Below are positions 31,842-32,000 of a stretch of 32,000 nucleotides of DNA, piece by piece. The notes beneath the pieces were generated by a model. That model did not search any database. It was given only the letters and a program-made list of their open reading frames with translations, and was not told the origin of the DNA. Source of the DNA: Magnetococcales bacterium (lineage in GTDB: Bacteria; Pseudomonadota; Magnetococcia; Magnetococcales; JADFYX01); contig PEAM01000033.1 of the NCBI GenBank assembly GCA_002753565.1, forward strand, positions 5,944 through 37,943. Reading direction: 5' to 3'. The position numbers were made by a program, and so were the translations under genes. Each line of letters starts with the position of its first letter. Positions within the stretch are counted from its first letter, which is position 1.

Positions 31842-32000
31842 CTACCCCCCCTGGGAGGACCCGCGAACCACTTCACAAATCCTCTTGCGCCGCTCTCTGT
31901 AGGCGTTTCTCCCACCTCCCTGGTCATAGGTCAATTCAATGTGTGAACGTTGCCAGGGTCGAGCAATCCACGCCCGCCTTTTGCGTTCACGACTTCTGAT
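31842..32000 (-). CDS. 3' end of an unidentified ORF entering from the right edge (52 codons, Arg-rich)
   Basis: The frame is open from 32000 to the TAG at 31844-31842. A second frame is also open at the edge (stop at 31931-31933), so the coding frame is not certain. Confidence 0.2.
   Translation of the reverse strand: MRSRERKRRAWIARPWQRSHIELTYDQGGGRNAYRERRKRICEVVRGSSQGG

Noticed and set aside
31730-31927. 65-aa minus-strand ORF ending 2 nt before the Nu1-like start
   Set aside because: The sequence is Gly/Arg-rich and low-complexity, and I saw no SD. It conflicts with another frame that is open to the window edge. The coding status of 31729-32000 cannot be resolved from this window.
28057-32000. 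A direct repeat of the tRNA-Val 3' end that would define the far att site of the island
   Set aside because: I found no convincing copy of the tRNA 3' segment within the window. The nearest resemblance, around 31962-31976 (CAATCCACGCCCGCC), is too weak. The boundary, if any, must lie beyond 32000.

Overview
About 26.5 kb of this window, all on the minus strand, is the canonical bacterial translation/transcription supercluster. In transcription order it reads: tRNA-Tyr, tRNA-Gly, tRNA-Thr, tuf, rpmG, tRNA-Trp, secE, nusG, rplK-rplA-rplJ-rplL, rpoB-rpoC, rpsL-rpsG-fusA-tuf, the S10 operon (rpsJ to rpsQ), and the spc operon (rplN to rplR). Five codons of a probable rpsE sit at the left edge. The protein sequences look proteobacterial (alpha-like EF-Tu and RpoC, with short Zn-ribbon forms of S14 and L33). 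I cannot name the organism. The two tuf copies are nucleotide-identical except at their extreme ends. The last 5.5 kb is accessory. It holds an XRE-HTH/cupin regulator divergent from a YbjN-like gene, then tRNA-Val(GAC) with its own terminator, then what looks like a mosaic island. The island's plus-strand module pairs an AbiJ-NTD4/HEPN-like abortive-infection-type gene, whose ancestral start region carries an in-frame TAG, with a GrlR-family (lipocalin-like) small gene. This converges at a terminator on a G+C-richer minus-strand module: two lambda-Nu1-like small-terminase paralogues around an acidic helical ORF, plus one unknown ORF. One Nu1-like paralogue is interrupted by an in-frame TGA, and no large terminase follows them. 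I consider this tRNA-Val-adjacent island the part most worth follow-up, as a candidate defence module on a satellite-like or decaying phage-derived element. All functional calls rest on my recognition of translated sequences. No database search was run.
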